64,000 nt of DNA, taken from the NCBI GenBank assembly GCA_036867785.1, contig CP145425.1, positions 1 through 64,000 of the forward strand, written 5' to 3'. The DNA comes from Plasmodiophora brassicae. Taxonomy: Eukaryota. Positions 50,340-63,896 of this stretch are shown one piece after another. Within the stretch, counting starts at the first letter, position 1, and every line of letters starts with the position of its first letter. The position numbers and the translations under genes are program-made. Below the pieces are notes generated by a model. It was not told where the DNA came from and did no database searches. It saw nothing but the letters and a program-made list of their open reading frames with translations.

Positions 50340-51056
50340 ATGAGTACCTGGCCGGTCGTCGTCACCGCCAAGTCAATCAAGAAGGCGCTGCGCGTGCGCC
50401 GCGAGCTGATGGATTTCTGGTTCGGCGACGTGCGCCGGTTCAACTTCAGCATGGCCTCGATGGAGCGGGCGCAGGGCCTGTGGTTCCAGCGCGGCAAGAA
50501 CAGGGAGCAGAAGCGCGAGTTCGATAGCACGCTGCGGCGCGAGCATGAGCCGACGGTGATGAAGGCGAAACGCGGCGAGCTGCGTGACGACATCTGGAAG
50601 GACGAGGCGGAGGGGTCGCTGGCCTTCTGCGTCCTGTGCAACCAGGTCGCCAAATGCATGTACAGAGGCAAAGCGAAGGCGTTCGAGCTGGACCCGTTGG
50701 TGATCGATCGCGCCAAGCACGCCATCGACGTCGGCCACCAGCCGCAACTGCACCCGATCGAGCAGAACTTCCTGATGCTGCCGCTGGTGCACAGCGAGAA
50801 CATCGACGACCATCGCATCGCCCGCGACGGCTACGAGCGCGCCATCGACCAGGCCCGCAACGAGAAGTGCTACCCGTTCATCATCGACAACCTCGTCGGC
50901 TGCATTGAGTTCCTCGAGGAGCACACGCGCCTCCTGGAGCGATTCGGGCGGTACCCGCACCGGAACGATGTCCTCGGGCGCGAATCCACCATCGAGGAGT
51001 GCGACTACCTCGACGAGATCCGCGAACAGTTCTTCGGCGGCAATCCCAGAGTGTAA
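50340..51056 (+). CDS. DUF924 family protein, intronless
   Basis: DFWF..WF..FD, MYRG..AF, FLMLPLVHSE, H..LLERFGRYPHRNDVLGREST.EE. Confidence 0.9.
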   Translation: MSTWPVVVTAKSIKKALRVRRELMDFWFGDVRRFNFSMASMERAQGLWFQRGKNREQKREFDSTLRREHEPTVMKAKRGELRDDIWKDEAEGSLAFCVLCNQVAKCMYRGKAKAFELDPLVIDRAKHAIDVGHQPQLHPIEQNFLMLPLVHSENIDDHRIARDGYERAIDQARNEKCYPFIIDNLVGCIEFLEEHTRLLERFGRYPHRNDVLGRESTIEECDYLDEIREQFFGGNPRV

Positions 51057-51104
51057 TAGACGGCGACCATCATAGAGTCATGGTCATCATCATCATCGTC
51101 GTCA

Positions 51105-51777
51105 TCAGCACCGCTTCTCCTTGCCCGACGCCGACGACGACACCATCCATGTGATGACGGCCGTGGACACCACGTTGCCGTTGCCGTCGCGAAGGGTGAC
51201 GTCGACCGGGAACGGCGTCCCAGCGGCGATGCGGGTGGTGTCGGCGCGCGCCTCCGCCACGACCGTGCCGCGTGCCTTGGCGACGTACTTGGCCGACATG
51301 TCGACGATGATGGCGCGTAGGCCGTCGGGTAGGTCGTGCAGGACGAGCAGGCCGGATGCCAGCTCGGCCGCGTTCATCAGGGCCACCGCATGGATCGACC
51401 TGCGCATGCAGCGTCGACGTCTGTCAGCTGGCGGAACGTGCAACCGATAGCTATGGCAGCCTCATGCGTCGTACCTGAACGGGTTTCGGTTCGACGTGCG
51501 GTCTGGCAGGGAGACTTGCGCGTACCCGGATCCGATCACGTCAACCTATGTACGTACGAGACCAGACATATCAAACAGGGCGGTACGTCGGCGAGGGCGC
51601 AGAACAGCAGGGTCATACGCTGGGGCGGACGGATCCGGAGTAGGGCGAGACCCAGGCGACCAGGTGGGTGAACGTGGCGCGGCCTGGCGCGCCCAGGCCG
51701 TTGCAGGCCGCCCAGAGCGACTTCACGCTGTACGCCCCGGTCGTGATGCACGCCCACAGCTGGACGACGATCGACAT
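51105..51777 (-). CDS. Hotdog-fold PaaI/DUF4442-like thioesterase-fold protein, multi-exon
   Basis: VSPYSGSV, SIHAVALMNAAELASGL, AIIVDMSAKYVAKARGTV, VTLRDGNGNVV..W. Confidence 0.75.
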
Positions 51778-52299
51778 GACATGGCGGGCCGCTACCCAGA
51801 CGCGGTCGAGTGCACACGGTATCGCCTGCGCCAACGCCATTTGCGACCCCCTCCGGCTGCGCGGCCACTGTATCAGTCGACCGTCGACGCCGTGGGCCGT
51901 TCGGCGACGGCGTCCGGCCCCGTCACCGGCAGCGCACGAACGATGCTCATGGTCTTCTAGGTAGACGCTGCCCGGGCCGCCGATCCGGTCACTCGCTCGG
52001 GACAGTGCAACGTGTGCGCTGGTTTGTCTTTGGGGCTGCTACGTTGGCAGGACCGCTCTGAAAGAGCAACGCCACCACAGGGAACCCATGGGGCGCAATC
52101 GGGGTCAATGGCCGTACCCTGCCCAACACTTCTTGACCGCATCGGCATCGCCCATTCGTTTGAGGGCAGAGCAAGTGGGGGAACTTCGAGCAACCGTCGT
52201 ACTGTCCGGGGCGCTTGCACCAACGGGCGTATCGAAAAGCGAAGCGACATTGGAGGGCGAACAGTGTCAATGGTAATTTGTGTAAAGTTGTTACGATCC

Positions 52300-53223
52300 A
52301 AGAGCATGTTACAATGCAAGAGCGCCCTCCTCCTCAAGCGAGGACTTGGCGTGTACGGCGGTATCGCAAGTAAGGGAACCTCGCGCACAGGTCGAGCTGA
52401 CCAAGGTGCTCGCACTAACGGGCGTGTTCTGGTAATACCCGATGCCCGCGTACCTGGGCCGTTCCATAGGGTGATGCAGGAATGCATAGAAGACGCCCAT
52501 CGACGTACAGCATGTCGTGCAGCCGACGCGGCTGATCAGGCCTTGGAACACCTACAGATAAAACACAACGTGTTAACAGAAACCCAATGGAAATGTACAC
52601 ACCCAGGACCAACCCCGCAACTCAGTGAATGGGACGTTTGGCATCGATCCAGGGTGTCGGGGATCTTTGTTTGAACCGTTCTCCATGGAATTTGCTGTTG
52701 TAGAGTGGTTAAGACGTACAATTCACCTGGAAAACGGACACTGCCTACCCGATCACATCGATTCTCGGGAGACAACAAAAGGAGTACACGTATCTGAATA
52801 TATTTGAGCCAAACGATGCAATGAACAATGAGGAATAAAACAGTACGGCGACAACGTCTTTAGTTTGCTAACCTGATCTGGCGTCGCCGCAGAAGAATTT
52901 TCAGGACGCGTGGAATTCACTTATCCTAGAAGACAGGTAGGATCCCAGAATCCAAGCACGTGCGCAACTACGACGTCAGATTGACAAATACAAGAGTGTG
53001 CATTCGTGTTCGCGACCCATACCAAGCAGAACACGTTTACATGTGTGGCCTCGCAAGTAATACGGGCAGGTACAAGACCAAGAGTGCGAGCATGACGAGC
53101 AGATTTCCCAAACTCTGCATGGCCTATCGGCAGAGACCTAAACAGAGCTAGCAATGAAGAGCGATACAGCGAAGCAGCGATGTACGAAATCTGCTCCGTG
53201 TCTTACTTGAAGAAAATCGCGCT
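52300..53223 (+). mobile_element. Possible decayed MULE/FAR1-like transposase relic
   Basis: Lower-GC block with broken frames; 'AEEF/QDAWNSLI' (~52889-52925, 1-nt shift) resembles the MULE EEFE..W motif. Weak. Confidence 0.3.
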
Positions 53224-53491
53224 TATGTTCGTTACTCTTCAAGATGTTTACAACGTCAAGGCGAAGTTCGATTTCCTCGCCAATCTCGGGCAGCGAGAAG
53301 CAGTGCGCGTTGACATTCTTGTTCAGGAGCTTCGTAAGGAGCTTCACGACCACAAAAGTACAGGATCGTGAAGCTCCTTACGAAGCTCCTGAACCAGAAT
53401 GTCAACGCGCACTGCTTCTCGCTACCCGAGATTGGCGAGGAAATCGAACTTCGCTTTGACGTTGTAAACATCTTGAAGAGTAACGAACATA
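53224..53491. repeat. Long inverted repeat (126-bp arms, 16-nt spacer)
   Basis: 53224-53349 is the reverse complement of 53366-53491 with 3 mismatches by eye; spacer ccacaaaagtacagga. Confidence 0.95.
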
Positions 53492-54414
53492 TCTCGTGAA
53501 GGCGCCTGAGGAAACCACGCATCAGATACTATGCACATTTACAAGGGGCATCGAATACCTGTTGCAGGTCTTCGCGTCGGTTGCGATCGCGTAGAAGCGC
53601 GTTGCATGAGGCAACAAAAGTCGGGGTCGGCACACCCTGTTCCAATGGTACCTGAATACTGAGTATCATTGATTTGGGCAGCCTCATGAAGCCGACACTC
53701 TCGGTAAGCGGATCATGCCCCGAATGAGTGTCATAAAAGACGACGTCAACGGAACCATCTGGGAGACTCTTCAGAAAAATATGGGAAGCACACGACGACT
53801 CCAGCTTGCACGTTGGCTTCTGGTATGGGCGGGAGGCGAGATGATCGCCACCAAATTCGTACGACCGCTCTGTGTATGGATGTCTTCCAGACCTTCGGCA
53901 AACCCAAGTCTGTGAGAACGAACCATCGGTACAGAAGCTCTGGTCATTCAGCTGGATGAATCGTGCCTTGTTCGTCTTCCATAAGGACTCGATCCAACTT
54001 TTGGCATAATCATACGAGTCGAATCGCAAGGCTTGCTGCGGCAGGCAATGCTGGTGAACCTGAAGTACATTACTGTCAATACAACGTAGGCACTCGAATA
54101 ATGTCGCCATACAGTTTCAACGTGATATTTCAGTCGCGAAAACTCGAAGATACCGTCAACGTCACCGAATGGGCACGCAAAAGGGGCTTTGGATAATTCA
54201 CTGGCTTGGGCGGGATCATAAGCAGCAGAACTCCCGTCTCGTGAATCGCGATAAGCACGGTCAAGGTGCCGGCGCAGGCTATCCATATCTTTGAGCATGC
54301 TGGGACATTGATGGCAAGTCGCGGACGACTGTCGCTGTGCGACGTCTTCATATGACATGTCAACTTCTTCTTCTCAGGGAACGTTTCCGAGCACACGCTG
54401 CATGCCAATGCCAT
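53366..54414 (-). pseudogene. Truncated Mutator (MULE)-type transposase N-terminus: C2H2 fingers + WRKY/GCM1-like DNA-binding domain
   Basis: CSVCSETF..LTCHMKTSH; CHQC..LRRH; WVCRRSG..TCK..C.SHI..VDVVFYDTHSGH..RLP..I..LEQGVP; after an intron, RDMFVTLQDVYNVK. Frameshift near 54325, in-frame TAG in the hairpin arm, no DDE domain. Confidence 0.7.
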
Positions 54415-54915
54415 GCTAGCAACCAAGTTTGACGCGAAACCAAGTTCGACGCGAAATCGAGGCCGCGTCACGGAGCTGCCGAGACCCAGCAGCACGGTGG
54501 ACGGACGGACGGTATTTCCCGTTCAAGTGCGCGAACCTGGAGGTGCGCCCACCCAGTCGCACCTCCAGGTTCGCCATGAGGACGCGCTCGCCGGCTACCC
54601 GGTTCTTGAAGAAATCCAGCGGGTCGGCCCGATCGGTAAACTTGTCAACGTGCCGGCGTTTACGTGTTCGGCTCTGCAATGACAAATACTGGCCTAGGCC
54701 GGGACCGCACAAGACAATGATGGACGGTGTACGTACAGCGTGCCGACCCATCGGGTGATAATTCCAGCGACATTGGCATCAGCGCGAACCTATCCCATCT
54801 CGACGAAAAGGCCGTTCGCCACGTTCCACTTCGTGATCGCATCGGCAGCTTGCAGCCTGCTGATCGCTTCACACATGATCTGCAAACGAACTTGGCTGCT
54901 GCAATGGAGTCAGAG

Positions 54916-55391
54916 CGTCCCAGGTTATGTCCTGTAGTACGGGCCGGACGGTCAACTGAGTGCCGGGTCGATCGGAACGTCCGCTGCCTGGAGAGGTCGC
55001 AGAAACGTGCTCATCGGGTCCAACTCCAGCGTGTCGGGCGCGGGCCCAGCGTCGACGCGAGGTTGTGCAGCTGGTGGTTTGCGGTCGGTATCCGAGAGCC
55101 GGCATCGAACGGACTCGTCGTCGACCCGCTCGCCTGTCAATTCTTCGGGTCGTTCTGCAGCGGATAGGCAATGACGCAACGTGGTTGGCTTCAACGTTGG
55201 GGCGACCAGAAGATGCCGGCTGCGAAAGACCCACTACATGCACAACATCGCGTCGACGCTGGCGCCCGACAAGCTGGAGTTGGACCCGCTGATCACGTTT
55301 CTGCGACCTCTAAAGGCACCGGACGTTCCGATCGGCCCGGCACTCACATTGTTGACTGTTCGGCCCGTACTACAAGACAGAACCTGGGACG
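54916..55391. repeat. Diverged inverted repeat (arms ~54916-55106 and ~55212-55391)
   Basis: Core 54916-55069 aligns to the reverse complement of 55239-55391 with about 12 substitutions and 2 small indels by eye; inner agccggcatc/gatgccggct match. Confidence 0.85.
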
Positions 55392-55798
55392 AGTTCACGT
55401 CCGAAGCGTCTGGCGGTTCCGTTTGTTGCAGCGGACGTCCCATCGTCTATAACGTCCGAGATTGCTGATCCGGTGCACGCTGCTGTTCTACCATGGCGGT
55501 ATCGGCAATCGCGGCGTTCGCTACGCGGTCGACCGAATGCTGGGGCCTCGGTACACCGGCGCGTAATCGAGCATTGAACCGGCCCGATTCCACAGGGTTT
55601 GGCGGACAACGATATTGACGCCGCCGTTGGCGACGTCAGCCGCATGGATCTGAAGAACCATCGGCAACTCTACCTGCTGCACAGCAAGCTAAACTGGTCG
55701 ACCAGGCTACCCGCAACGTTTCTCTGCATCAGTGACGACGTGGGTGACTGGCACTGCAGTCTGGGTCAACATGGAGTCGCGGCGGGGGGAGCCGAGAC

Positions 55799-56125
55799 GT
55801 GTTGCCGACATCGCGTATGAGGTTCTGGCGCGCGTGCTACCAACACGTACGTCCGAACATTCCGTATGGTCCGATACCAACAGGAATGACAGTCGATGAT
55901 GAGGAGTGCTGTTCGTTGGTCGGCGCGGTGACCCTGGCAGTGATGACCCTCATTGTTCTTGATGCGCGCAGCTTGCTGGACAAGACAACATCGAAAGTCG
56001 TCTCTAGCATCATCCTTGCCGTCATTCTGTGCTTGATTGTTTTCAAGGCGTCTATGATCGTTCGCCGAGAATGGTTCGCCAGGACGCAGACCAACACGCC
56101 TGATGAATACGCTCAGCTACTGTAA
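55799..56125 (+). CDS. Probable last exon of a small hypothetical membrane protein
   Basis: Two hydrophobic segments (LVGAVTLAVMTLIVL, VVSSIILAVILCLIVF); a possible upstream exon lies at ~55597-55740. Confidence 0.35.
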   Translation: MLPTSRMRFWRACYQHVRPNIPYGPIPTGMTVDDEECCSLVGAVTLAVMTLIVLDARSLLDKTTSKVVSSIILAVILCLIVFKASMIVRREWFARTQTNTPDEYAQLL

Positions 56126-56870
56126 GATGACCGTTGTTGAGCTCTCTAGTTCATAAATCGTGCCCAGCATGAGTGTCCGAGAGTGATCATGTGCATAAGG
56201 ATGTAGATGTCCGCCCGGTTGTCGCGAGCTCTTGTCGAAAGGAATGATAGTTCGATTCACGCTGCGTCGTAGCGAGTCGGCGCATCTATGTTTTACGCCC
56301 TGGTCCGCGTGTACACGCAGGCACATAATTGACGGCGATGGACGCGAGAGGTTCGCTGGGAATTGGCGCGACCAGATGCCTAACGACGTGCGTGCTGCGA
56401 TGCCCTGCATGCGCGCGTTGCTCGTCTGGTATTAGTTTCCATGGTCGACACTCCGGCAGGGGGATATCGTTGTCGGTGCCCTCGATCGGCAACGGGCGCC
56501 GCGCCCTGCACCGACTGCAGTACTGACCGCTGCTGTTCGGCACCGACTGACGCCAGGACGACCTGCAGGGTCGGTGTACGCGCGCGTCGACCTGGTCTGC
56601 TTGTACTGCAGCCTTGTTCTGTTTGAGACGATGTGCCGGCAGGAGATGTCTTGTGACTGGGCCAGGATAGGCGTTAGAGGTGGAAGCGGGACACCCGATC
56701 GAGGCACCGGGGCAGGACCCTGCTTCCGCAGCAGGCGGCTTTGTGCTATGCTATCTGCCTAGGTACACATTCATCTACGGTATCTCCCTCTGGACAGGTG
56801 TGGGAGGCGCGTGCCCCGGTTGCTGGCATATCGGGTTGCGGTGGTGGGCGCGCCCGCCTCACGACGTCGA

Positions 56871-58724
56871 ATGGAGGGCGCGCTGGAGAAGTTGACGAAC
56901 AACAAGCTCGGGCTGAACTACTACCAGAAACGGTACTTCCGCCTCGAATGGTCCCGCCTGCGCTACTTCGAGCGGGCCGACGACGAGACCGAGAAGGGCG
57001 TCATCGACCTGGCCGAACTGCATGGCGCCTACCTGTCCGACGATGACGCCAGCCGGCGCACCCTGGTCCTGCTGTTCGGCTCGCGGTCGCTGCTGCTGCT
57101 GGCACCCGACCCCGAGGAAGCGCGCGCCTGGATCCTGAACCTGCGAACGTACACGTCGCGAGCGGACCCGTCCGCCCCGGTGCGCATGCCGGCCCACATC
57201 GTCCGGGCCCTGTTGCAACTCGTCCGCCTGTGCCGCGACAATGGCGGCGCCAACCAGGAAGGCCTGTTCCGGGTCCCGGGGCGCGCCTCGCTCATCAAAT
57301 CCATCTGCCGGTCGGCGTACCTGAACCGACCGGACGTCGTGACGGCCGACGAGGCCCGCGACGTCGAGTCGACGGCCGGCGCCATCAAGCGCCTGCTCTG
57401 GACGCTGCCGGAGCCGCTGTTCACGGCCGCGTCCGTCACGCCGATGACGCAGGCGACGGCGCCGGGCCAGGTCCGGGCGCTCCTGTCCAGCATGCCGACC
57501 GACAACCGGGCCGTCATCCACGACCTGTTCGGCCTGCTGCGCGACGTCTGCGCGAACACGACGACGACCAAGATGTCGCCGGCGTCGCTGGCCATCTGCT
57601 TCGCGCCCTGCCTGTCCGGGGCCGAACGCGGCGACATCCTCGACATGAAGCCGCTGTTCGAGATCCTCGTCAACCAGTACGACGACGTGTTCGACGGCGT
57701 CGCGTACGAGCGCGCGTCGGCCGGCGACGACGACGAATCCCTGGGGAACATCACGCGCCTCAAGTCGACGTCGTCGGCCCGCATCATGAACCAGCTGCTG
57801 GCGTCGACCGGCGGCGACGCCAAGGGCACGCTGCGTCGGACGCGCACCCGGGTCATGGACACGTTGCGGGTGGGCGCCAGCGGGACGACCAAGGTGCGCC
57901 CGGCGATGCCGACGTTCGACTCGGCGGCGGCGGTGGCGAACGTGCCGGCGGCCAAGTCGCGCCCGTCGTTCATCTCGACGTTGTTCACGACGGGCCGGGG
58001 CAGCATCGCCGCCCTAGGGCGCCCGGCCGTCGAGCAGAGCAAGCCGGCGTCGGTGGCGCCTGCCCCCGCCCAGGAGTACGTCAGCAGGAGCATGTCGGGG
58101 ATGACGATCGTGCCGCGGTCGCCCAAGCCGCCGCCGGACACGGTCGCCGCCCTGGCGCTGCCGGACGCGCCGCCGGTCCCCGCCCACATCGCGAGGCAGC
58201 TGGACAGCCTACGCGATCAGGTTCGCGAGCTCGAGGAGCGCTGCAAGTACTGGAGGAAGGAGGCGGAGACGGCACAGGCCGAGCTGGCCGCGTTCAGAGC
58301 GGGCGGGCCCGTCGCCAAGGCGGACCCGCTGGCACCCAGGAAGGTCGCCACCGTGGTCAACCCGAGGACGCAGCGCCCCTCGGAGGCGGGGCAGGGACCG
58401 GCGGCCGCCCAACACGAGCGGTCGCTGTCGTCGCTCCACAAGCAGGAGTCGGTGGCGACGAACACGTCCGATGAGCTGTCCAGCGACGACGACGACGACG
58501 ACGACGCCGACGATGACCCGCCGACGGCCAAGACCATCAGCCGGTACGAATCCGCGCAGGCCGGCCCGCCCCTGCTGGCATCCAGGTCGACCGACAACGC
58601 CAAGGACGCGCTCAACAGCACGCTCAGCTCGGATAGCAGCAGCAGTCTGAGCGACGGCGACGCCGTTGACGAACCGGAACGGGCGGCACCGAGGTTAGAC
58701 GCCGTCCGGGCGACACTGGAATGA
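56871..58724 (+). CDS. PH + RhoGAP domain protein with C-terminal coiled coil
   Basis: PH: EGALEK..QKRYFRL..LRYF..KGVIDL..EARAWI. RhoGAP: EGLFRVPG (arginine finger), IKRLLWTLPEPLF, KMSPASLAICFAP. Confidence 0.92.
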   Translation: MEGALEKLTNNKLGLNYYQKRYFRLEWSRLRYFERADDETEKGVIDLAELHGAYLSDDDASRRTLVLLFGSRSLLLLAPDPEEARAWILNLRTYTSRADPSAPVRMPAHIVRALLQLVRLCRDNGGANQEGLFRVPGRASLIKSICRSAYLNRPDVVTADEARDVESTAGAIKRLLWTLPEPLFTAASVTPMTQATAPGQVRALLSSMPTDNRAVIHDLFGLLRDVCANTTTTKMSPASLAICFAPCLSGAERGDILDMKPLFEILVNQYDDVFDGVAYERASAGDDDESLGNITRLKSTSSARIMNQLLASTGGDAKGTLRRTRTRVMDTLRVGASGTTKVRPAMPTFDSAAAVANVPAAKSRPSFISTLFTTGRGSIAALGRPAVEQSKPASVAPAPAQEYVSRSMSGMTIVPRSPKPPPDTVAALALPDAPPVPAHIARQLDSLRDQVRELEERCKYWRKEAETAQAELAAFRAGGPVAKADPLAPRKVATVVNPRTQRPSEAGQGPAAAQHERSLSSLHKQESVATNTSDELSSDDDDDDDADDDPPTAKTISRYESAQAGPPLLASRSTDNAKDALNSTLSSDSSSSLSDGDAVDEPERAAPRLDAVRATLE

Positions 58725-58867
58725 ATAACGGCAGTATAGTCGGAGCTGGGATGCCGGGCGTCCTCAGCAACAGGTCGTGACTGAGGGCATCCCAGGTGCA
58801 GGCCCGCAGCAGAGTACCTGCTCGCAGCATGTTTATTGTGGGGCAGAGCCGCGCCGAAGAGGCCGGG

Positions 58868-60684
58868 TCAGTCGGCGCCGGCGGCACCCTGCTCGGGCGT
58901 GTCGCTGCCGAACACGACGCGCCTGTCCTGCTCGTTGCGCAGGACGCCGCGGGGCAGGTACTCGCGCAGCTTGCGGGCGTATTCCTTGAGCATGCGTTCG
59001 CGTTCGCGCTCGACAATGAGCAGGCGCTGCTCCTCCTCGTCGCGCTGGCGCTGAGCGGCGGCGATCTCCTCGGCGCGCTCCGCCTCGAACATGGCGCGTC
59101 GCTCCTCCAGCGCCTTCTGCACCATGCGCCGGTGCTCGAGCTTGGCCCGGCGCGCGCGCTCCGCGTTCATCTGCTCGACCCTGCTGTCCTCGGCGAACTT
59201 GGCCATCATACGCGCGCGCAACGCCTCCTCCTGCTCCTTCTCCTGGCAGCGCTTCCTCTCGATCAGAATCTGCAGGCACACGTCAGGTTCACGTCGAATG
59301 GGCTCGCGCAAGAAACAGGGCCGTCAGCAGCGAGAAGAACAACCGCGCCGAAAACGACGTTAACGGGAAACGGCGCGGAAATGTGTGGACCTGTTGCTGG
59401 CGGTGCGCCTCCTGCATCTCGCGGCGCAGGGCGAGCCGTCGCGCCTCGCGATCCTCGGCGGCCTGGCGGATCTTCTGGTCGGCCTCCTCGATGAAGAGCT
59501 CGATGAGCAGCTGTTCGGTCTCCTCCTGCTCCTTGCGGGCGTTGTCCATGTCGGCGGCCACGCGCCTGTACTTGGCGGCCTCGCGCGCCTTCTGCTCCTC
59601 CTTCTTGGCGGCGACCTCGCTCAGGCGCTGCTCCTGGGATCGTGCCCACTCCTCCAGTTTGCGCATCTCGGCCGCTTCGTTTTCCTTCAGCTTGATCTTC
59701 ATCGTGCGCCTCTCCACCTCGTACTTGTGGAGCATCTCGCGAAGTTCGGCACGCTTCTTGGTCTTTTCTTCCTCTTGCCTAGACCGAAACGCGTCGTCAG
59801 AACACCGCTCTCCGGCATGTCGGCCGTCGTGGTTACGGACAGTCGCTCCTGGTCGTGGACGCGCCTGACGATCTCGTCGACCTGTTTCTTTTCCTGGAGG
59901 AACTCCTCGTACGCGACCAGCTTCTTCTGTTGTCGGTCCTGGATCTGCCGGTCCAGGTCGTCCTTCAGGTTCCCGAGGTTCACCTGGCGGCCCTCGACGC
60001 GTTCCTTCTCCCATTTCTCGGCCTGCTCCCGTTCCCGAAGGAGCCGCGCCTCGAGCTCGACCTGAGCCGCACCAGACGGTCAGCAATACACAGGAGCGAC
60101 CGGGTCGGCGACGTTCACCTCTTTGGCGACCTTCTCGCGTTTGATCCGTAGGTTGGCCTCCATCTGGGCGTGCCGCTCCTTGTTCATCTGGGCGGCTGCC
60201 AGCTTGTCCTTCAGGGCGCGGAGCTCCTCGCTCTGGTCGCACAGGCGGCGGATCCGCGCGTCCTCACTGGCCTGCGCCGACTTGCGGCGCTGAAGCTCGG
60301 CCACCAGACTGGAGAACGCACTGAGACCACCCCTGTCGATTACGTCGCGGCAATGTTCCCTAGGCACACCATTGCTGCTGCTTGTCGAAGATCCGCGCCT
60401 CGTACTCCTGCCGCAGTTTCTGTTCGAGAATGGCGCCCTGCTTCGCTTCCGCCTCCCGAAGGCGCCGTTCCCTGTCCCGGCGCATCTGCTCGACGCGATG
60501 GTCGGAGGCCACCTGCCGCGGTCGCCATTCAGCGATTCGAGTGCCGGCACGCGCACGCTGGACCGACCTCGGCCTTGATGCTGGCATGCGCTTTCAACGT
60601 GTCGGAGAGCTTGGAGATCTCGGCCTCGGCGCGCCGCTCGGCGGCCATGCGCAGGTCGAAGCCACGCGCCGTTCGCGACGCCAT
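58868..60684 (-). CDS. MNS1: Meiosis-specific nuclear structural protein 1 / axonemal microtubule inner protein (TPH coiled coil), multi-exon
   Basis: SEELRALKDKLAAAQMNKER..Q; MMAKFAEDSRVEQMNAERARR; C-terminal YLPRGVL..EQD. Confidence 0.85.
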
Positions 60685-61359
60685 CGTCCTAGGTGCCAGG
60701 CGTACCCTTCAATCGATCGCCCCCAGACAAATGTATACGTATGTATCAACCCGACAGTATCCGTATCCGGCACGCTCGGGCGGCGCTCGCGCGTGTCGTC
60801 CTGCGGGGCCAGCACCAAGCACTGCCCTGACCTCGCCAGCAGCAAGGCGCAACCCGCTCACCAACGTTACGTCGCATGCGACGCGCTGCACACTATCTCC
60901 TGCTCGGTTGACTGCGGAAGCATGCCATCCTATCCGCTGACGTGTCGATAAGCCCAACCGGGTGCTCCAAAGGGCACGCCAAAGTTGGACTGACGAGGCG
61001 GGGATATTTGGGGGACGGTCGACGCGACATTCGTTGGGAGACGCGGTGGCGGGAAAAGGCAAGATGCACCGGAGCCGGGACGCGCGCGGATAAGACAACG
61101 CACCGACACAAGACGGTTGTGTGTATGTGTGTGTGTGATGAACCAGACACGGGAGACCCCCAGGTTGCGGACAGGCCGTGATAGACGACCGAACGTGTCG
61201 ACCACTACACTCGCATCGGCACCGCCGCTGAGATAGGTGGTCATCACGATCCCGGAAGGACGGGCGGGTGCGCTCGGGCGGGAGGAAGCTCGAGGAACGC
61301 GCGCGCGCGAACCATCAGCGCAGCCGAGGCCACGGACTGCGTCAGAGCGCGCGACTACC

Positions 61360-62310
61360 ATGACGATCAAGTCCGCCGCTGCACTGGACGCGCTGAACCG
61401 GGTCATCGCCCGTGTCCAGGCCATCAACGTCGGGCCGGGCCGGGCCGCCCCCGCCTGTACGAAGGCAACGGCAGCGACCGCAGGCGGGGCGCTCGACCAC
61501 AAACTGACGCCGCCGGGTGATATCACGTGGTCGCCCGAGATCCCGCACGGCCACACGTCGTACACGTGGACCGGCGTGCACGCCGCACCGAGGCGCCCCG
61601 CCGCTCCTTCCCAGGCACCGGCCTCGGAACCGCAGGGCGAAGCCGCCGCGTCCGTCAGCGCTGACGAACGTGCCCAGTTCGAACAGCTGGAATTCCGCGT
61701 CGGGCGGATCGTTGACGTGCGCAAGCATCCCGATGCCGACTCGCTCTACGTCGAGCAGATCGACCTGGGCGAACCTTCGCCCCGAGGTACAACCCCGCAT
61801 TGCGTGTCTGTCTGGTACCGGTTACCTCACTGCGGGGCAATGATGACCAGAGATCGTCAGCGGGCTCGTCAAGTTCATCACCGAGGATCGCCTGCGCAAC
61901 TCGCTGTGCGTCGTGTTCGCCAACCTGAAACGTAAGCGACGTCGGCTCTCGTCGTCCCACGCCACGTTCGCCTAATATCGTTCGTTCGTGCGCCAGCGAA
62001 CAAGCTGCGTGGGATCATGTCGAACGGGATGGTCATGTGCGCGTCCAACGCGGACAGGACCGTGGTCGAGCTGATCTCCCCGCCCGAGGGCGCCGTGCCG
62101 GGCGACATCGTCACCATCGCCGGCGCGAACGTGCCGCCTGCTCCGCCGGCGCAGGTCAATCCGAAGAAGAAGGGCAACGCGTGGGAGACGAGCGCCCCGC
62201 TGTTCAAGACCAACGCCGAGCGCGTTGCCACGTTCGCCGGTGCGCCGCTTCAGGTGATCGGCAAAGGCTGTTGCACGTCGCCGTCCTTGCCTGCTGCTAC
62301 GATCAGCTAG
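61360..62310 (+). CDS. tRNA-binding OB-fold protein (Arc1p/AIMP1/EMAPII-like), 3 exons
   Basis: [66 protein letters not shown]. Confidence 0.9.
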
Positions 62311-62392
62311 AAAACTACACGACGCGGACCGACATTGTCGACACAGTTCACGACGTGTTGATGCATTCTAAAACGTCGCGGGTGGGGCGCGA

Positions 62393-63606
<1,214 letters not shown>

Positions 63607-63896
63607 CGCGTTTGTTCACGACTGGGCGCGTCCGGGCGATGGATGGCCCCGCGGACCCACCGTCCGTGACTGGGACGGTCCGACCTGTCCCAAAACCAAA
63701 GCACAAAACGAATCACGAAGCCACTGCACGGCACGGGCCGCCGACCTGGCCCAAAATATCACGCGATGTGCCACTGCATGGCGCGCGTTCCGACGGGGGG
63801 CTGTCACGGCGCGTCGTGTCATGCCGAGGTGAGCAGCGGACCTCGTGACGGGCGTCATTTTGATTGTGGCTGCCGTCTGGCGGGTTGTCCGAGGAG

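Noticed and set aside
57029-58474. Long alternative-frame and antisense ORFs over the RhoGAP gene
   Set aside because: Expected from high GC3 and scarce stop codons; no domain signal.
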